A DNA stretch of 63,016 bases, the filler included, from Salisapilia sapeloensis CBS 127946 (taxonomy: Eukaryota; Protista; Oomycota): the NCBI GenBank assembly GCA_023334545.1. It is 10 parts of 10 records of this genome, joined end to end, with 100 filler letters (N's around TTAATTAATTAA, not from the genome) between each part and the next. Parts side by side here need not be neighbours in the genome. Positions count along the whole stretch, not along the records: positions 60,888 to 63,016 come from JAADVB010000954.1; 9 more parts are not named here. One strand, given 5' to 3'. How positions within the stretch are numbered: the stretch's first letter is position 1; every line of letters begins with the position of its first letter. Position numbers and translations under genes: made by a program. A model generated the notes under the pieces. It made no database searches and was not told where the DNA came from. It was given only the letters and a program-made list of their open reading frames with translations. Positions 60,888 through 63,016 of the stretch are shown in pieces.

Positions 60888-61201
60888 CGAGGTGCCAGGC
60901 ACGACTGCATCCGGTATGCGGACACTACCGTTGCTCGATCGGAAGGACCACATCTCGAGCGGTACACGAGCGGCATCACCGATTGCCACAGCAGTCGCTG
61001 ACGTGAGCAAGCCGACTGTTCTCCAAACCATTCTCCTTTGTATCGGCACAAGCAAGAATGATAGAACCCACGTGAGCTCGGCTCAGCTGGCCGCAGCTTC
61101 AACCACGCTGCAGAGCTGTACATGGTACTGTCAAGAGATGCAAGGAAGGTAATGGGAATGCCAAACTTGTTTCGAAACTCTACACTTATCGATCTAGACA
61201 T

Positions 61202-62297
61202 CTACGTGTGTTTGAGCACCAGGAGCAGCGTCATGACTGCGATAAGTGTCAGGAGCAATCCAATGCACTTCATCGGTCGACTGTTCTTCTGGGACTTTTC
61301 TGCTCGCTCCAGTTCGTCCATCCCCTTCTCCGTCTGTTCCACCACTTGCTCCATGTTGTAGTCAATGCGATCGAGAATCGTGCCCTGGTCAATCACGAGG
61401 ACTGCCAGCTCTTTAAATATAGTCGCGAGCTCCGTGATGCTACCTGCAATCCGTTTGATTTCTTCATCTCGTTCATTTATCAAATCCTCTTGAATCTCCA
61501 TATCCGAGATTTGTGCAGAGGTAAAGCCCTATCGGATACAAGCAAGCGGTCAATACTCTCTATTCACATACAAATCAGGTAGAGGGACAAGCATGTACCA
61601 TCTGCGCCTGCTTAGATTGGGACTCGGACAAGAAGTCAAAGTCCACTGGACCCTGCTTCTGGTTCTTGACACGCGCCAAGTACTCTTTCTGAGATTTACG
61701 AAACTCTCCAGATAGCTGCTGAAGCTGTGTCGCGAGTGCTCTATATGGAACAAAGTGAGACTATAGAGGTAGTGAGAAGCTAAGGAAGTGACAAGTACCT
61801 CTGTACATTCTGCCTGGTCTTGACCTCGGCGTCGGATAGCGCGCCATGTGCACTTTTGGCCATTCGCTGCAACGCTTTTTCTGCTTGTCGGAACTCGGCT
61901 GTGATTTCTTGTGTTGCGTCTTGAATCTCCTGTTCGTGCTGTGACTCGGACCCATCGAAACGTACCATCAATCGCTTCGTATGCAGCTTACCCAGATCTC
62001 GCACTGCATTCACACAATTAGCACAAAATACGCATGAGCAAGAAGACTCATTAAGTATAGTAGCGTAGCCGTACTCTTTTGTTTAATATTGTCAATATGC
62101 TGGTTGCTCTCGGACACAACGGTGACCCACGCAGGAGCGACATGCACGGCAGTTTCAGGTCGCTCTGCTTCACCGTCGTGCTTCATGAGCGCATTCCCTT
62201 CCTCCGTGGACTTGGCAATGTTCTTCCGCCGTAAGCTCTTGGCTCGAGCATCGGAACGGAGCTGAAGAAAGGAGCGGGACAGGTCTCGCGATGCCAT
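61202..62297 (-). CDS. STX16: Syntaxin 16/Tlg2/SYP4-type Qa-SNARE, multi-exon
   Basis: MASRDLS.SFLQLR, PAWV, LHTKRL...FD and ERDEEIK.IA.SI.ELATIFKELAVLVIDQGTILDRIDYNMEQV motifs plus a C-terminal TM helix. Confidence 0.93.
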
Positions 62298-62618
62298 GTC
62301 CGAAGCTGATCAAAGCGTTTTGTGTTTAACCCATGAATCCACACTTGGCGTTCCTTACGGTACTCCATACAAAATCCAGTCAAATGAATATGAGGACGAA
62401 TGACAAAATTAGCCTAAAACATTTATTTCTGTAGAAAGTAGAGAATATAGTCAAATGTTTGAGTATTCTGTGAGTACATGTAATCTCTTTTCCGTAATGT
62501 AGTCTGACAACTACTTGAGCAACGTTATGATGGAATGAAGCTCTCATCTTTAAGACGGCCTTACTTCCTTGTATCATTCCCATCTAGTGCTGGTAACTAC
62601 TTGCAACACAATTAGTAT

Positions 62619-63016
62619 GTATGGCAACGTATCCCGATCGTGATGAATTTCGTAGTAACCGTCAAAACGTCGAGGTCATTCAGCAATCTGACTTGGATCA
62701 AGGTCGTTCTGCAGAGTAATTTCACCCGTTTGCTCCGTGCACCTAAAACAGTTAGTCTGGTCGTAAGTTGGATGTCCCAGTTTGTCTACATGAGACTTTA
62801 GGGTTTCTCTAAGCAGTACCCAGCAAATCACTACATCTCTGACATCGTCCGGTCAGGCTCTGTCGGCTTTGATGCCATCAAGAAGCACGCAGGTACGGTT
62901 AAAGATGGTCTCTTGACGTTTTGTGCATGGGCAACGAATGACGATTTTATGGAGAAGAACATTCCGATCGAGTTGGAGAAGATGTTGGGACCTGGGCCAA
63001 GACTAGAGCTTGCGAA
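62619..63016 (+). pseudogene. C-terminal fragment resembling an oomycete alpha/beta-hydrolase; no intact N-terminus found
   Basis: After a GT-AG intron the frame reads ...FCAWATNDDFMEKNIPIELEKMLGPGPRLEL, similar to the AW..DD...E....EL....GPR region of such hydrolases. Upstream frames contain stops; runs off the window end. Confidence 0.4.

Overview
This is not one locus. It is a pseudo-scaffold of 10 short contigs joined by nine artificial 100-nt linkers (44 N + TTAATTAATTAA + 44 N). Contigs: 1-7858, 7959-9355, 9456-11022, 11123-19735, 19836-32715, 32816-49600, 49701-51870, 51971-55396, 55497-60787 and 60888-63016. Nine contigs are intron-containing nuclear DNA of an oomycete, judged from FYVE-GAF proteins, the ankyrin and P4H families and Inr/FPR core promoters. 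One contig is mitochondrial (nad11-nad1-nad4L-nad5, standard code). Main highlight: a TPP riboswitch aptamer (51085-51215, minus) inside a 5'-UTR intron of a THI4 thiazole synthase gene. It has a second candidate 5' splice site that can pair with the aptamer's P4/P5, plus a uORF, which is the layout of a riboswitch-controlled alternative-splicing switch. Other highlights: the mitochondrial contig ends in a perfect 141-nt inverted repeat that cuts through nad5, so it looks like a single-copy region between large IR arms. A 7-exon gene uses 25-nt and 8-nt micro-exons. PSF1 and VTI1 genes are missed by the ORF track. Inverted P4H paralogues bound one contig. A giant DUF3638/DUF3645 helicase-like gene appears split over two contigs. 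All product calls come from motif recognition by eye; no searches were run.
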